DNA of 64,000 nucleotides. Origin: Candidatus Latescibacterota bacterium. Its GTDB lineage: Bacteria > Latescibacterota > UBA2968 > UBA8231. The notes beneath the pieces were generated by a model that had not been told where the DNA came from, ran no database searches, and saw only the letters and a program-made list of their open reading frames with translations. This document shows positions 27,946 to 37,548 of the stretch, piece by piece; within the stretch, counting starts at the first letter, position 1, and every line of letters starts with the position of its first letter. The stretch is from assembly GCA_965203355.1 (NCBI GenBank), contig OZ241889.1, forward strand, positions 1,440,001-1,504,000. The letters are read 5' to 3'. The translations under genes were made by a program, and so were the position numbers.

Positions 27946-29951
27946 TACGCCACTCCTATAAGTTGCGTCGCGGTGGTCGAGGCGATATCCGAGCGTACCC
28001 CAATCCGACATAGGTATAGACCGGGCGCGACCCTTGTGCCGGTTCCATCCCGACCGTCCCACGTTTCGCGATAGGCTCCCGCGGCCTGGGGCGCGGCAAT
28101 CAGCGCCCGCACCCGGTGGCCGGAAAGGTCAAAAATTTCGATGACCAGCGGCACCTCGCCGGCAAATTGCGCCAGCACCGCAGCGATTTCGACTGCGTCG
28201 TTGACTCCATCGCCGTTGGGCGTGAGTACCGAGGTTGAGAGATGGGCTGCAACCGAGGGCGTGGTGCTGGCGGCGAAAATGTGGATGGTCCCCGTACCCA
28301 CCGCGGCACTGGCATTGCCGGCCGCGATCGGATGCGGCGGCCCGTCGTCGTCGCCGAGCAAAAAGGCGTTTAGCGGTGTATGGTACTCCAGCACCCGCAG
28401 CCTAAAGGTCAGTCGCATAGGCTGGTTGTTTTGGCGCGTCACTGGCGGAAAAAAGACGTGGAAGCCCTCGGCGACAGGCTCGACCTCGACGGCAGCTACC
28501 TCGACGAGCGGATCGCCCATTTGCAGCCGCTCAAAGACGGGTGGCGGAAAGGCAGTGAGCTTGAGCCCGCGAAAGCCCGCTAGATCGTCTTCGGCGAAGT
28601 GGGTGAGGATGTCGCAGACAAAGGAAGTATCGACCCCGCTCGGAACGGCCAAGACGCCGCTGGCGGGACTGAGATCAGTGGCCAGCGCGACTTCGCCGAC
28701 GGCCGTGCTGACCAGTTCGGGAGAAAACTCCACCACCAAGCTATCGAGGCGCATGGTGCTCGCGGCATGTCCGTTAAAAAAGACGCGGAACTGCAAGAAT
28801 TCGTGCGGGCTTGGCAGTTCCAACGGCATGACGACCGTAGCCGACGAATCGAGTTGCAGCGGTGGAGTCCAAGCACTCCAATTCTCCACGTCTGCGCGGA
28901 TGTCGGCCTGCACAAAATCGCGCGCTGGCCCGACCTCGGCCAACGGTAGCGAGAGATATTCGGTCCGCGTCACTTCTCCTAGCACCGCGCCCGTGATTGG
29001 ATCGCGGCGGTACAGGGCGCGTCTGGGGAGATTGTTGTACTCGGACAGAGACACTTCTTCGCGGACCCCCGTGTCGCGGTCGCGGCGAAAGTAGGCGATG
29101 GGCGTGTCGTCCATGCCGCTGCGTAGCTGCAAGCGCATTTTCGCGGTGGCACCTGCTGCGCCACGGCCCAACCGCTCAGCCCGCACCACGAGCCGCCCGA
29201 AGTTCACGGGCCGTCCAAAGGAGTGGAGCTGCGAGACATAGCTGGACACCGGCACGAATCCCTCGCCGTACACCGCAAATTCCGCGAGGTTGAAGGGATT
29301 GCGCGAGAGCACCTTGAGCCGGAGAAAGCGGCCCTGTACTCCGTTGAAGGAAAGCTCGACCACTGGGTCTTTGTTGTCCTCGACGCGGCTCAGCAGGCGA
29401 TAGACTGGCCGCTTGACCTCGTCGAACTGCTCGCCGTCGCTCACCCGCAGTTCAAATGCCTTGATGAACCAATCGCGGTCGCCGGGTGCTGGCGCAAAGC
29501 GCACGCGTTCTATGGGAAAAGGAGCGCCGAGATCCCAGAAAAACGTGGCCCCCGCTTGGTTGCGCGCCGTTCTGAATGCGGCTTCGGACGAGCTCGCAGG
29601 GTCGCCGTCAACGAGCCGCAAGGGGCCGTTGACTTGGTTGAAGGGGCCGTCGTTAGACCACGTGCGCGGTTGGCCCGGCTTGGTGAAGTCGCTGGGGCTG
29701 CCATTGAGCCAAGTCTGACCTGCGGCCCGCAGCAACTCCATTAGGTTTTGGCCGCGGCGCAGTTCGAGCGGTTGTAGCTCACCCGCTACCCCAACGGTTC
29801 CGTTCTGGATGTCCGCTTGAGAAGCCCACGATAAGCCGCCGCGGCCGATGTGGTATGTTTCCACCTCGGCTAGCCCGGGCCGCACCCCCAGCCCTAATAA
29901 CATGCAGACAGCGGCGAATCGGCCAAGCGGAAGGCAGCAGGGGGACCGCAT
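27942..29951 (-). CDS. Secreted protein with C-terminal FlgD-Ig/CHU_C-like domain (paralog 3)
   Basis: Signal peptide; FWDLGAPFPIERVRF; LTPNGDGVND...WDGRD...VAPGLY...VAY. Confidence 0.8.
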   Translation of the reverse strand: MRSPCCLPLGRFAAVCMLLGLGVRPGLAEVETYHIGRGGLSWASQADIQNGTVGVAGELQPLELRRGQNLMELLRAAGQTWLNGSPSDFTKPGQPRTWSNDGPFNQVNGPLRLVDGDPASSSEAAFRTARNQAGATFFWDLGAPFPIERVRFAPAPGDRDWFIKAFELRVSDGEQFDEVKRPVYRLLSRVEDNKDPVVELSFNGVQGRFLRLKVLSRNPFNLAEFAVYGEGFVPVSSYVSQLHSFGRPVNFGRLVVRAERLGRGAAGATAKMRLQLRSGMDDTPIAYFRRDRDTGVREEVSLSEYNNLPRRALYRRDPITGAVLGEVTRTEYLSLPLAEVGPARDFVQADIRADVENWSAWTPPLQLDSSATVVMPLELPSPHEFLQFRVFFNGHAASTMRLDSLVVEFSPELVSTAVGEVALATDLSPASGVLAVPSGVDTSFVCDILTHFAEDDLAGFRGLKLTAFPPPVFERLQMGDPLVEVAAVEVEPVAEGFHVFFPPVTRQNNQPMRLTFRLRVLEYHTPLNAFLLGDDDGPPHPIAAGNASAAVGTGTIHIFAASTTPSVAAHLSTSVLTPNGDGVNDAVEIAAVLAQFAGEVPLVIEIFDLSGHRVRALIAAPQAAGAYRETWDGRDGTGTRVAPGLYLCRIGVRSDIASTTATQLIGVAY

Positions 29952-29956
29952 GATTA

Positions 29957-30676
29957 TCAGTTCAATGGAACCGCGCTATGGGGCGCGTTTCCCTTGAGTA
30001 CCTCGCGCTCGAAAGAGACGCTGAGGTCAATGGTCTCCACGGGTTCGTTGTCGAAATTGAAGCGGATGGCAATATCGGCGATTTCCACTTGGATGCGCTG
30101 TATTTCATCGTCCAAGCGAGGAAAGACGATGTACCCTTCCTCGGCGCGGCCGCTGAAGATGAAGGCATTGGTGAACATGGTTTGCTTGAGAATGTCGGTG
30201 CGCGTTCTGAATTCGATGCGGCCTTGGCCGGAGTTGGCCTGCCAATACGCTTGGTAGTATTCGTACAGCTCGGCGTAGCTCAAGGCGCGGTAGATTTGAT
30301 TGTTGGCCGCTTTGATCGTGGCCTTGAGCGGGTCGATGACGACTTTGGGGAACTGGTAGTTGGCAACGCCGAGCTTCATCACCATAAAGCGGGAAGGCGT
30401 CCAGTCGTCGCCGGGTGGGACCCAATCGCCAAAGGTATAGGGATTGACCGCGGCTGCGCCGCCGGTTGAGGCTTGGGGAAATTGCCGGTTGAGTTCGGCG
30501 TCGGTCATGGGCTTGAGCGTGATGGCCAGCCGCTCGAGTTCGTAGGTGACGGAGCCATCGTCGTTGACGGCCAGGCCCTCGGCCTGTTGGAGCGCGGGCC
30601 GCAGGGGTTGGGGGAAATAGCGTCCACAGCCGCTGACGAGAAAGATGAGCACCGCGACCCATAAGCATCCGCGCAT
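29957..30676 (-). CDS. Hypothetical lipoprotein
   Basis: MRGCLWVAVLIFLVSGC lipobox; GGAGAG RBS; co-oriented with the FlgD-tail genes. Confidence 0.78.
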   Translation of the reverse strand: MRGCLWVAVLIFLVSGCGRYFPQPLRPALQQAEGLAVNDDGSVTYELERLAITLKPMTDAELNRQFPQASTGGAAAVNPYTFGDWVPPGDDWTPSRFMVMKLGVANYQFPKVVIDPLKATIKAANNQIYRALSYAELYEYYQAYWQANSGQGRIEFRTRTDILKQTMFTNAFIFSGRAEEGYIVFPRLDDEIQRIQVEIADIAIRFNFDNEPVETIDLSVSFEREVLKGNAPHSAVPLN

Positions 30677-30733
30677 AGTACGTTCTCTCTCCCTAAGACA
30701 GTTTAGATCGCTTGGCGTCGTCGGCAAAGATGC

Positions 30734-30768
30734 AAAAGTGGGCGGGTGCCTGATACGCGCACCCGCCC
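30734..30768 (-). terminator. Intrinsic terminator/attenuator-like hairpin after the CBM9-like gene
   Basis: gggcgggtgc (30740-30749) pairs with gcacccgccc (30759-30768), followed by ACTTTT on the minus strand; second stem ggagcggct/agccgctcc at 30794-30833. Confidence 0.55.
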
Positions 30769-30840
30769 GGAAGAGCATGCTCGAGGTGAGGTGGGAGCGG
30801 CTCCACGACGGCGTTTTGCCGCGAAGCCGCTCCGAGGGGT

Positions 30841-31782
30841 TTAGCGGTGGAAGGAGTCTTTGATCTGCGCCCAAGTGGACTCTTCCACGGCCGTTACGTC
30901 GGCGGCGGCGTACTCGCCGATGCGCAGCAACAGGGCGTGAGCATAGTACTGCCGCGCTGAGGCTTCGGGGCCGCGCGTGGTCATGTCGTTGACCACCGAA
31001 GAGACGCGGTCGCCGTCGTCGCCTGTTGGCTCGCTGTCCTCAGCCCACAGGTTGAAGCCGATGCCCGCGCCGTCTTCCCCGGCGACAGAATCCAACTGGA
31101 AGGTCTCGCTGACCGACGGCCCGCCGTCTTCCATGAACCGCTTGACCTCGTAGTTCCACTCGTAATACGTGGTTCCACCAGCGTCCCAAACGTCAGCGGC
31201 CCAGGCTTCGGGTGGATCAACGCGGACGGCAAACTCAATGACCTCGTTGTTTTCCTGCCAGGCTGGGGGCTTATCGTCTTGAGTCCAGCGATAGCGCACG
31301 TTCTGCGGCGGGACCATGTCGCCCGGGCGGGCGATGTATTCCATGACCCAACCGGTGCCAAATTCGCGGCCGTGATCCGTTGGATCGAGGGCAAACTCGA
31401 TCATGTCGGCGTTCCACTGCTCGACGTTGGTGCCCCAATGGCAGAGGATGTCATCGACAATTTCCATGTGTACGTACCAGCGGTTGACATCGCCGCCTTT
31501 CCAGCCCATGAGGGTGGTGACGTTGTAATCGTCGCGTTCGGGCAGGGGACGATCGGCTTCGTCGCGCCACTCATCCATGGTGAGGGTGTACTCGGGATCG
31601 AACCAGCCCCAGTCGCTGGCGTCGGCATCGGCCATCATGGCGCTGGGATCCGGGACTTCGAGCATGTAAAACTCAAAGCCGAGCCGGCCATTGCGATTCT
31701 CGAGGGCCGGCGGATCGTCGAATTGAGCGTTTGCGGCTCCGATTAAGGCTAGGCCAAAACCGCAGGCGATCAATAACCTCAT
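30841..31782 (-). CDS. Secreted acidic protein, CBM9/DOMON-like, with C-terminal TAVEESTWAQIK tail
   Basis: Strong GAAAGGAG RBS, signal peptide, DADASDW..YVHMEIVDD..DMIEFALD pattern; fold call is tentative. Confidence 0.65.
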   Translation of the reverse strand: MRLLIACGFGLALIGAANAQFDDPPALENRNGRLGFEFYMLEVPDPSAMMADADASDWGWFDPEYTLTMDEWRDEADRPLPERDDYNVTTLMGWKGGDVNRWYVHMEIVDDILCHWGTNVEQWNADMIEFALDPTDHGREFGTGWVMEYIARPGDMVPPQNVRYRWTQDDKPPAWQENNEVIEFAVRVDPPEAWAADVWDAGGTTYYEWNYEVKRFMEDGGPSVSETFQLDSVAGEDGAGIGFNLWAEDSEPTGDDGDRVSSVVNDMTTRGPEASARQYYAHALLLRIGEYAAADVTAVEESTWAQIKDSFHR

Positions 31783-31925
31783 GATTGCTCTCCTTTCGTG
31801 GTTTGAGCAAACTTGCAGCCTTTGCAAGCTGTGATATGCGGAATAGCGATCAAATCGCGGCGGGTAATAATACAACTGCAAAAAATAAAGCGCAATGTAA
31901 AATTGTCTCGATTTGGGCCCGAAAA

Positions 31926-31959
31926 TGGACGTGGCGGCGGCCAAGAGGCATACTTAAAC
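31926..31959 (+). promoter_or_regulatory. Putative promoter, copy B of the 34-bp repeat
   Basis: TGGACG-N17-CATACT upstream of the ThuA-like remnant; 28/34 identical to 15824-15857. Confidence 0.55.
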
Positions 31960-32001
31960 AGCCGTCAGAATCGGACGGATAGGACCGGGAATAGGCTTCG
32001 G

Positions 32002-32505
32002 ATGTTTATGTTTTTGAAGATCGTACGTTGGCTTATCGCGCTGGTGCTCGGCGTCTTTAGTGGGGCTCCGCAAGCCCTGGCGGCGGCTTTGACCGTCTTG
32101 GTCTTTACCAAAACCGCTGGTTTTCGCCACGATTCCATTCCCGACGGTATTGCCGCTATCCAGACCTTGGGGCGGCAAAATGGTTTTGCCGTTGAGGTCG
32201 CGGAAGACGCCGGGCATTTTACCGACGAGGGCTTGGCCCGGTATCGGGCGGTGATTTTTCTCAATACGACCGGCGATGTACTGGCCGCGGACCAAGAGCG
32301 GGCCTTTGAGCACTAATATCCTCGGTGGCATCGAGTACGCCGCTGGCGTGACAGCGGCTGATTGCGGGGCCACGTTGGATGCCAATTTTGCAAGGGGCGT
32401 CCTCGATGACGAGGCTGAAAATCCCATTGACTTGGCCGTGGCTCCCGACGGGCGCGTGTTCTTCATCATCGAGCGCAAGGGGGAACTGAAGGTATATCGA
32501 CCGGG
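32002..32505 (+). pseudogene. Deleted/frameshifted ThuA-domain + PQQ-type sugar dehydrogenase (GSDH) gene
   Basis: VLVFTKTAGFRHDSIPDG...IFLNTTGDVL..QERAFE then stop; another frame resumes at ILGGIEYAAG (ThuA end) and PIDLAVAPDGRVFFIIERKG (GSDH start), then is lost. Confidence 0.8.
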
Positions 32506-32588
32506 ACGCCGGGCGGGGTTTTGGTGCAGCGGATGGTGTTGTTGCGCTAATGCTCAGATTGGGCGCGGAGAAGCCGTTTAAGTGCCGC

Positions 32589-34535
32589 TCACTGGAACAC
32601 AATCCCGCCTAGATAATTGTTTTGCATGCCGATTATAGAGTCGATGAGTACCCAAGTCCCAGCCACTACGGCTTCACCTAAGATCAATCCCAAGAAGAAG
32701 GGCTTGAGGCGGTTCAACAGCGTCAGCCCGCCGTATTTGAGTATGGTGCTCTTGAGCAGCCAAGCGACAAACACGCTGAACCACATCGAGCCAAAGACGC
32801 AGCTAATCGGGAAGCCGAGCGCGTGGAAAGGCCACCACAGGAATCGATGCTGGGCGGCCATCAGCCCGCTCATAATCGCCGCGCCAACGCCGATGTGCAT
32901 CCAGGTGCTGGGCCGCGGCGCGAATGGATTGAGGATGCTTTTCTCCATAAAGCGATAGGGATATTGCGCGACATTATCAAAGTAAAACCGCGACAGATTG
33001 ATGGCTCCGTACTCGTAGCCCAGATAGAGGGTCAAGACCACGACGCTGCTCAGAGTCAGGACGATTACCGCGACCGTGGCCCCGAACAGGCGACGGCGCT
33101 GGGGCAGGCTGACTTCGGTGACTAGCTTCAGGCCATTGGCGCACGCGCTCATCAGCAAGATCAAGGTGTCCACGCTCCAGGCATAGCTCAGGGCCATGCC
33201 GGCCATGCCCTTAGTGCCCAATACGGTGCCTCCGACATTGGCGACGACGAAGTCCGGCCCATTCGTCGGCGGAAACATGGACGCGACGCCACCTTGCGCG
33301 ACGACGCGGGCAATGGTCATAAATCCGACAAATGCGCCGAATAGTAGCAGGGGAACAAAGGGCAGCGGAATGCCGGATTGCCACAGCCAGACACCCATCG
33401 CTAGGAAGCTGGCTACGGCGCCCCACACGGCCATGCCGTAGGAGGTAATTTCATCGGCGTCTTCGACCGCTGGCGCACGGCCTATGGCTTTGCGCAGCAC
33501 GTTTCCTAGGTGGTGCCGACCCACCCACAAGGACCCGGCGACCAAGACGATCATGCCTCCCATGGCTTGGTGAATGATGATCGGGTCGGTGTACTGGCTG
33601 TACGCGCCCATGGTCTCGTCCTTACTGCCCCAAGCCAGCATCCCCAACAACCCGCGCTGCACTACATTTACGATGTAAAAAAAGACCAAGCCCAAGGCGA
33701 TGTTCTGCGGGATGAAATAGGAGAAGCCAACCATCGACAGGTTTAGGTTCAAGCCCAGCGACACCGCACCGCGAAACATCGACAAGCCGCCGAGCGAGGT
33801 GCTGACCGTCGGGACGATCTCGAAGTAGTTGTGCAAGGCGTTGATCGAGGCTAGCACAAAGGGGATGGCAAATCCCATCCACATCAACCCACTGCGCACG
33901 AGCCGCTGGCGGCCATGGTCGGCGATCATGGCTAAGGGCAGCTGGACCATGGGATAGGCCAAACGCTCGTGCTCTACCCATTGCCTCCGCACGATCACCA
34001 TTAGGCACACCATGGCGAGAAAGAGGGCTAAGCCGAACACGGCCCAGTACAACAGAGGAGCCGCCCAAATTGCCCACGGCACGGCCCCGGTTGGGTCGCC
34101 CTCGTAAAAGCCCCAAATGGCGTCGCGGCTTTGGGGCACCGGCCAATCGGGCATATAGGGCTGGACGATCTCGGCCCAACCGTTTTCTGGCGTGGCGTAA
34201 TAATAGGCCCCAGTGATTACCGGCAGGAGTTGGGCGGGCAGGCCGCGGCCCGACAAGGTGTTGGCCAACAGAATCAGGAAGAAGACCACGGCCAACTCGC
34301 CGCGCTGCAAGGGCAGGCGTGGATGCAGCCGCTTTAAGAGCGGGTTCAAGAGGACGACCAGCACAAAGAAGAGAAAGATCGCGGCCGGGGTCAGGTTCCA
34401 CACGGCCAGCCCGGAGCCTTTGACGATCATATCGTTGTAGGTCGAGCCGATGCCGATGCAAAGGGCACCGAGCAGCCCGACGATCAGCGCCTTGGGCGTG
34501 CATCCCTTTACCGTTGGTGGCGAACTTTTTAGCAA
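32589..34535 (-). CDS. Polytopic membrane protein, DUF6785/DUF6784-like (OPT-like putative transporter)
   Basis: Many TM helices; RRQWVEHERLAYPMVQLP, WWPFHALGF, ILKYGG..KPFFLGLILG; TTG start with GAGAGG RBS. Confidence 0.78.
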   Translation of the reverse strand: MLKSSPPTVKGCTPKALIVGLLGALCIGIGSTYNDMIVKGSGLAVWNLTPAAIFLFFVLVVLLNPLLKRLHPRLPLQRGELAVVFFLILLANTLSGRGLPAQLLPVITGAYYYATPENGWAEIVQPYMPDWPVPQSRDAIWGFYEGDPTGAVPWAIWAAPLLYWAVFGLALFLAMVCLMVIVRRQWVEHERLAYPMVQLPLAMIADHGRQRLVRSGLMWMGFAIPFVLASINALHNYFEIVPTVSTSLGGLSMFRGAVSLGLNLNLSMVGFSYFIPQNIALGLVFFYIVNVVQRGLLGMLAWGSKDETMGAYSQYTDPIIIHQAMGGMIVLVAGSLWVGRHHLGNVLRKAIGRAPAVEDADEITSYGMAVWGAVASFLAMGVWLWQSGIPLPFVPLLLFGAFVGFMTIARVVAQGGVASMFPPTNGPDFVVANVGGTVLGTKGMAGMALSYAWSVDTLILLMSACANGLKLVTEVSLPQRRRLFGATVAVIVLTLSSVVVLTLYLGYEYGAINLSRFYFDNVAQYPYRFMEKSILNPFAPRPSTWMHIGVGAAIMSGLMAAQHRFLWWPFHALGFPISCVFGSMWFSVFVAWLLKSTILKYGGLTLLNRLKPFFLGLILGEAVVAGTWVLIDSIIGMQNNYLGGIVFQ

Positions 34536-34618
34536 AGTGTTCCTCTCGCGTTTTGCCTTCCCTTGACAAGGCCCGCCGCCGCGTCCGACCTTCCGCAGAT
34601 ACAACAGGAGCGTCTCTC

Positions 34619-35875
34619 ATGGAAAAAGTACCGATTTGCGTCGTCGGTTGCGGCGGCATGGGCCATCGCCACATCCTAGCTTACAAGGTGCTGGAAGAAA
34701 GCGGCATTGGCAATGTCGAACTGGTGGCTGTCTGCGACGTGCGCCGGGAGCATGCCGAGTTCGCCGCCCGCGAGGTGCAGCGCTTGTTCGGGCGCACGCC
34801 GCTGATTTTCACGGATATGGACTCGATGCTCAAGCGCGATGATATCTTGGCTGTCGATGTGGTCACCGACGGTTCAACGCACCACCAAGTGGCTGTGCCG
34901 GCTCTGTTGGCCGGCAAGCACGCGCTGGTGGAAAAGCCCCTCGGCATTACCGTGCGTGCCTGCCAAGCCATGATCGACGCCGCCCGCACCGGCAATGTTG
35001 TGCTGGCCACAGCCGAAAACTACCGCCGCGACCCGCCCAACCGCTTGGCGCGTGCCATCGTCGAGGCCGGCCTACTCGGGGATCCTTTTTTAATGATCCA
35101 GACATCGGCCGGCGGCAGCGACCGCATAACCATCACGCCTTGGCGCCATCTCAAGGAGAAGGGGGCCATTGGCTTGGACATGGGCGTCCACTACGGCGAC
35201 ATCATTCAATATTATATGGGGGATTTCGCGCACGTCTTCGGCGGTGGCTTCATCGTCGAGCCGGTGCGGCGCAGGCCAGAAGGCTACGACGATCACCCCC
35301 TTGAATCCTACCGCGAGCGGGCCAAGACCTATCCCGAGCGGGTAGAGGCCACCGGCGAGGACTCGGTCGTCGCGCTGTATAGGATGCGGTCTGGAGCGCT
35401 GGCGCAGCTCGTGTTGGTGGCGGGCCGGGGCGGGCGGGGCTGGGAGCGCAGCGTTCACGGCCGCTGGGGGGCACTTTACGCGCCCGGCGACCGCAATGGC
35501 CGGCCGGCGGTGCTGCGCTTGGAGGGCAAGGAGCTAAAGGGCCGCGCAATCCTCTCGCTCCTGCCGGATTTTCAGCTCGACGAGATCACCGAGCGCCTCT
35601 TTGGTGCCGACGGCGTAGAGTACGATCCGTCCGCAACGTCTTTCTACGAAATCGACGCCCGGCACTTGGCCATCGAGTACCACGACTTTGCCCAAGCTAT
35701 CCTCACTGGCGGCCAACCTGAAGTGGATGGATCCGGCGGGATGCAGGCTGTCGCGGCGATTGTGGGGGCCTATGAGTCGGCGCTCGCCGGGCGTTCGCTG
35801 TCCATGGAGGAGATTACGAGCGGGGCCGTGCGGGACTATCAGCGGGACATTGACGAAGCCCTCGGGCTAGCTTAA
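34619..35875 (+). CDS. Gfo/Idh/MocA family oxidoreductase
   Basis: ICVVGCGGMG, LVEKPL, AENYRR, DMGVHYGD; AGGAG RBS. Confidence 0.9.
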   Translation: MEKVPICVVGCGGMGHRHILAYKVLEESGIGNVELVAVCDVRREHAEFAAREVQRLFGRTPLIFTDMDSMLKRDDILAVDVVTDGSTHHQVAVPALLAGKHALVEKPLGITVRACQAMIDAARTGNVVLATAENYRRDPPNRLARAIVEAGLLGDPFLMIQTSAGGSDRITITPWRHLKEKGAIGLDMGVHYGDIIQYYMGDFAHVFGGGFIVEPVRRRPEGYDDHPLESYRERAKTYPERVEATGEDSVVALYRMRSGALAQLVLVAGRGGRGWERSVHGRWGALYAPGDRNGRPAVLRLEGKELKGRAILSLLPDFQLDEITERLFGADGVEYDPSATSFYEIDARHLAIEYHDFAQAILTGGQPEVDGSGGMQAVAAIVGAYESALAGRSLSMEEITSGAVRDYQRDIDEALGLA

Positions 35876-36894
35876 AGGGTCGCCACCATGACCCAAAACG
35901 GCTGCTTGCCCACTGCGCAATCCGCGATGGGCTGTAATGCGCCGTTGGTCGCATCCACCCGATAACAGGTCATGCGGTCGGCCGCTTCTCCGGCGCAGTA
36001 CAGGTACGCGCCGCTCGGATCGATGTTGAACGAGCGCGGGCTGGCTGGCACTGGGTAGTGCCCAAACGGGCTGAGTGCGCCCGCGGGGTCGATGTTATAG
36101 CCGACGATGCTGTCGTGGCCGCGATTGGATGCGTAGCACCACTGGCCGTTGGGATGGACTTCGACGTGGGCGGTGTACCCGCCGTCGGCATAGCCCGCCG
36201 GCAGGGTCGAAATGTCTTGGAAAATAGCGAGTGTGCCGCGCTCGGGGTCGAAGCGATGAGCGGTGACTGTGTTGCCCTGTTCGTTGACAATGTACGCGAC
36301 GTCGCCGCGCGGGCGGAAGCAGATGTGCCGAGGGCCGGAATCGCTGGCCGGCGGGGTTAGGACGGGCGGATCGTTGGGCGAGAGTTGGCCGGTGTTGGCG
36401 TCGAAGCGGAACTGGCTGGTCTTGTTGTTGGGGCAGACGTGCGGCACCAAGACAAAGCGTTCGTCCGCGGTCAGCAGGACGGCGTGGGCTTTGGGGCCCG
36501 TGTCGATGCGTTGGACGAGATCGCCGATGGCTCCGTCGTCGTCTAAGCGGTGGACTGTGACGCCGCCCCCGGTATAATAAGCGGTGAGGAGAAAGCGCCC
36601 GGCGCGGTCGGTAATCAGGTGGGCGGGGGTGTCGAGGTCGGTATCTATCTTGTTGATCAGCGTCAACTCCCCGGATGCGGTGTCGAGGTGGAAGCTGGCG
36701 AGAGTCGAGGACTCGACGTGGGCGTCGTAGAGCACCGGACGCGACGGATGCAAAAAGAGCGCGCCCGACGGACCGTGCGCTGGGCTTGTGGTGCGCAACG
36801 CCAGGGCGCCCGATTGGGGGTCGAGGTCGTAGAGCTTGATGGCTTGGTCGCCGGTGAGCGAGACGAAGACGACGGGTTGGTCTTGTGCGGTCAT
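35872..36894 (-). CDS. Lactonase family beta-propeller (6-phosphogluconolactonase-like)
   Basis: AHAVLL, GPRHICF, YASNRGHDSI, PRSFNID. Confidence 0.9.
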   Translation of the reverse strand: MTAQDQPVVFVSLTGDQAIKLYDLDPQSGALALRTTSPAHGPSGALFLHPSRPVLYDAHVESSTLASFHLDTASGELTLINKIDTDLDTPAHLITDRAGRFLLTAYYTGGGVTVHRLDDDGAIGDLVQRIDTGPKAHAVLLTADERFVLVPHVCPNNKTSQFRFDANTGQLSPNDPPVLTPPASDSGPRHICFRPRGDVAYIVNEQGNTVTAHRFDPERGTLAIFQDISTLPAGYADGGYTAHVEVHPNGQWCYASNRGHDSIVGYNIDPAGALSPFGHYPVPASPRSFNIDPSGAYLYCAGEAADRMTCYRVDATNGALQPIADCAVGKQPFWVMVATL

Positions 36895-36950
36895 TGCGAT
36901 TGGCTCCTTGGATAAGTTGCGATGGGATCGAGTAGAGTTTTGCCGGTCTA

Positions 36951-37300
36951 TCAGACTGCTTGGATGGGTCTGGAATAAGAGGCTACTTTGTCATCCGTGG
37001 TAAGCAGCGTAACGTTTTCGACTTGTGCTTGCGCGATGAGTATGCGGTCAAAAGGGTCCTTGTGAAGCGGTGGCAAGCGACCGACAGCGAGCGCGTGTTC
37101 GGATCGAACCACAAGTTCGCTGTAGCCGTTTTGTATCAGACCGTCCCGCAACAGTCGCTTCTGCCGAGTGCGCTTTTGATGACGATCTCCCAAATGCTTG
37201 CGGTGCTGAACATCAGTTCCGTGGCGGGGTCGCCGAGAAGGTCTTGGGATTCTGATGACAATCGTCCGGGATTGCCCGCCGCCCACAGCAATAAAGTCAT
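36951..37300 (-). pseudogene. vapC: VapC/PIN toxin pseudogene (short deletions, frameshift)
   Basis: 5' frame MTLLLWAAG..FSTASIWEIVIKSALGRSD stops early; 3' frame LLRDGL..HKDPFDRILIAQAQVE..LLTTD; N-terminal LLDTH motif missing. Confidence 0.85.
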
Positions 37301-37548
37301 GCGTTTCCCTCGAACATCTTTTCGATCGCCGGCCCGCCCATGCTGTCGAAGTCGTCGGGAACTTCGGTCTGTCCGGCCATAAAACCCAACCGACGAGACG
37401 CCGCTGTTTTGTCAGCTCGCTCGCTGGCGAGGGTTTTGAGGTAGCCCCGGATGAGTGCCGACACGGATGTGCCCAACTCCGCCGCCCGAACGCGAGCAAG
37501 CCGATGGGTTTCTTCATCTACAGATACGGTAATGTTTTTCACGTTCAT
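37297..37548 (-). CDS. Antitoxin-like protein (RHH N-terminus, VapB-type C-terminal tail)
   Basis: KNITVSVDEETHRLARVRAAELGTSVSALIRGYL ribbon-helix-helix; RRLGFMAGQTEVPDDFD tail; ATGA overlap with vapC; AAGGAG RBS. Confidence 0.75.
   Translation of the reverse strand: MNVKNITVSVDEETHRLARVRAAELGTSVSALIRGYLKTLASERADKTAASRRLGFMAGQTEVPDDFDSMGGPAIEKMFEGNA

Noticed and set aside
36951-37300. Programmed frameshift in vapC
   Set aside because: No slippery sequence, and residues are missing at the junction and N-terminus, consistent with deletion
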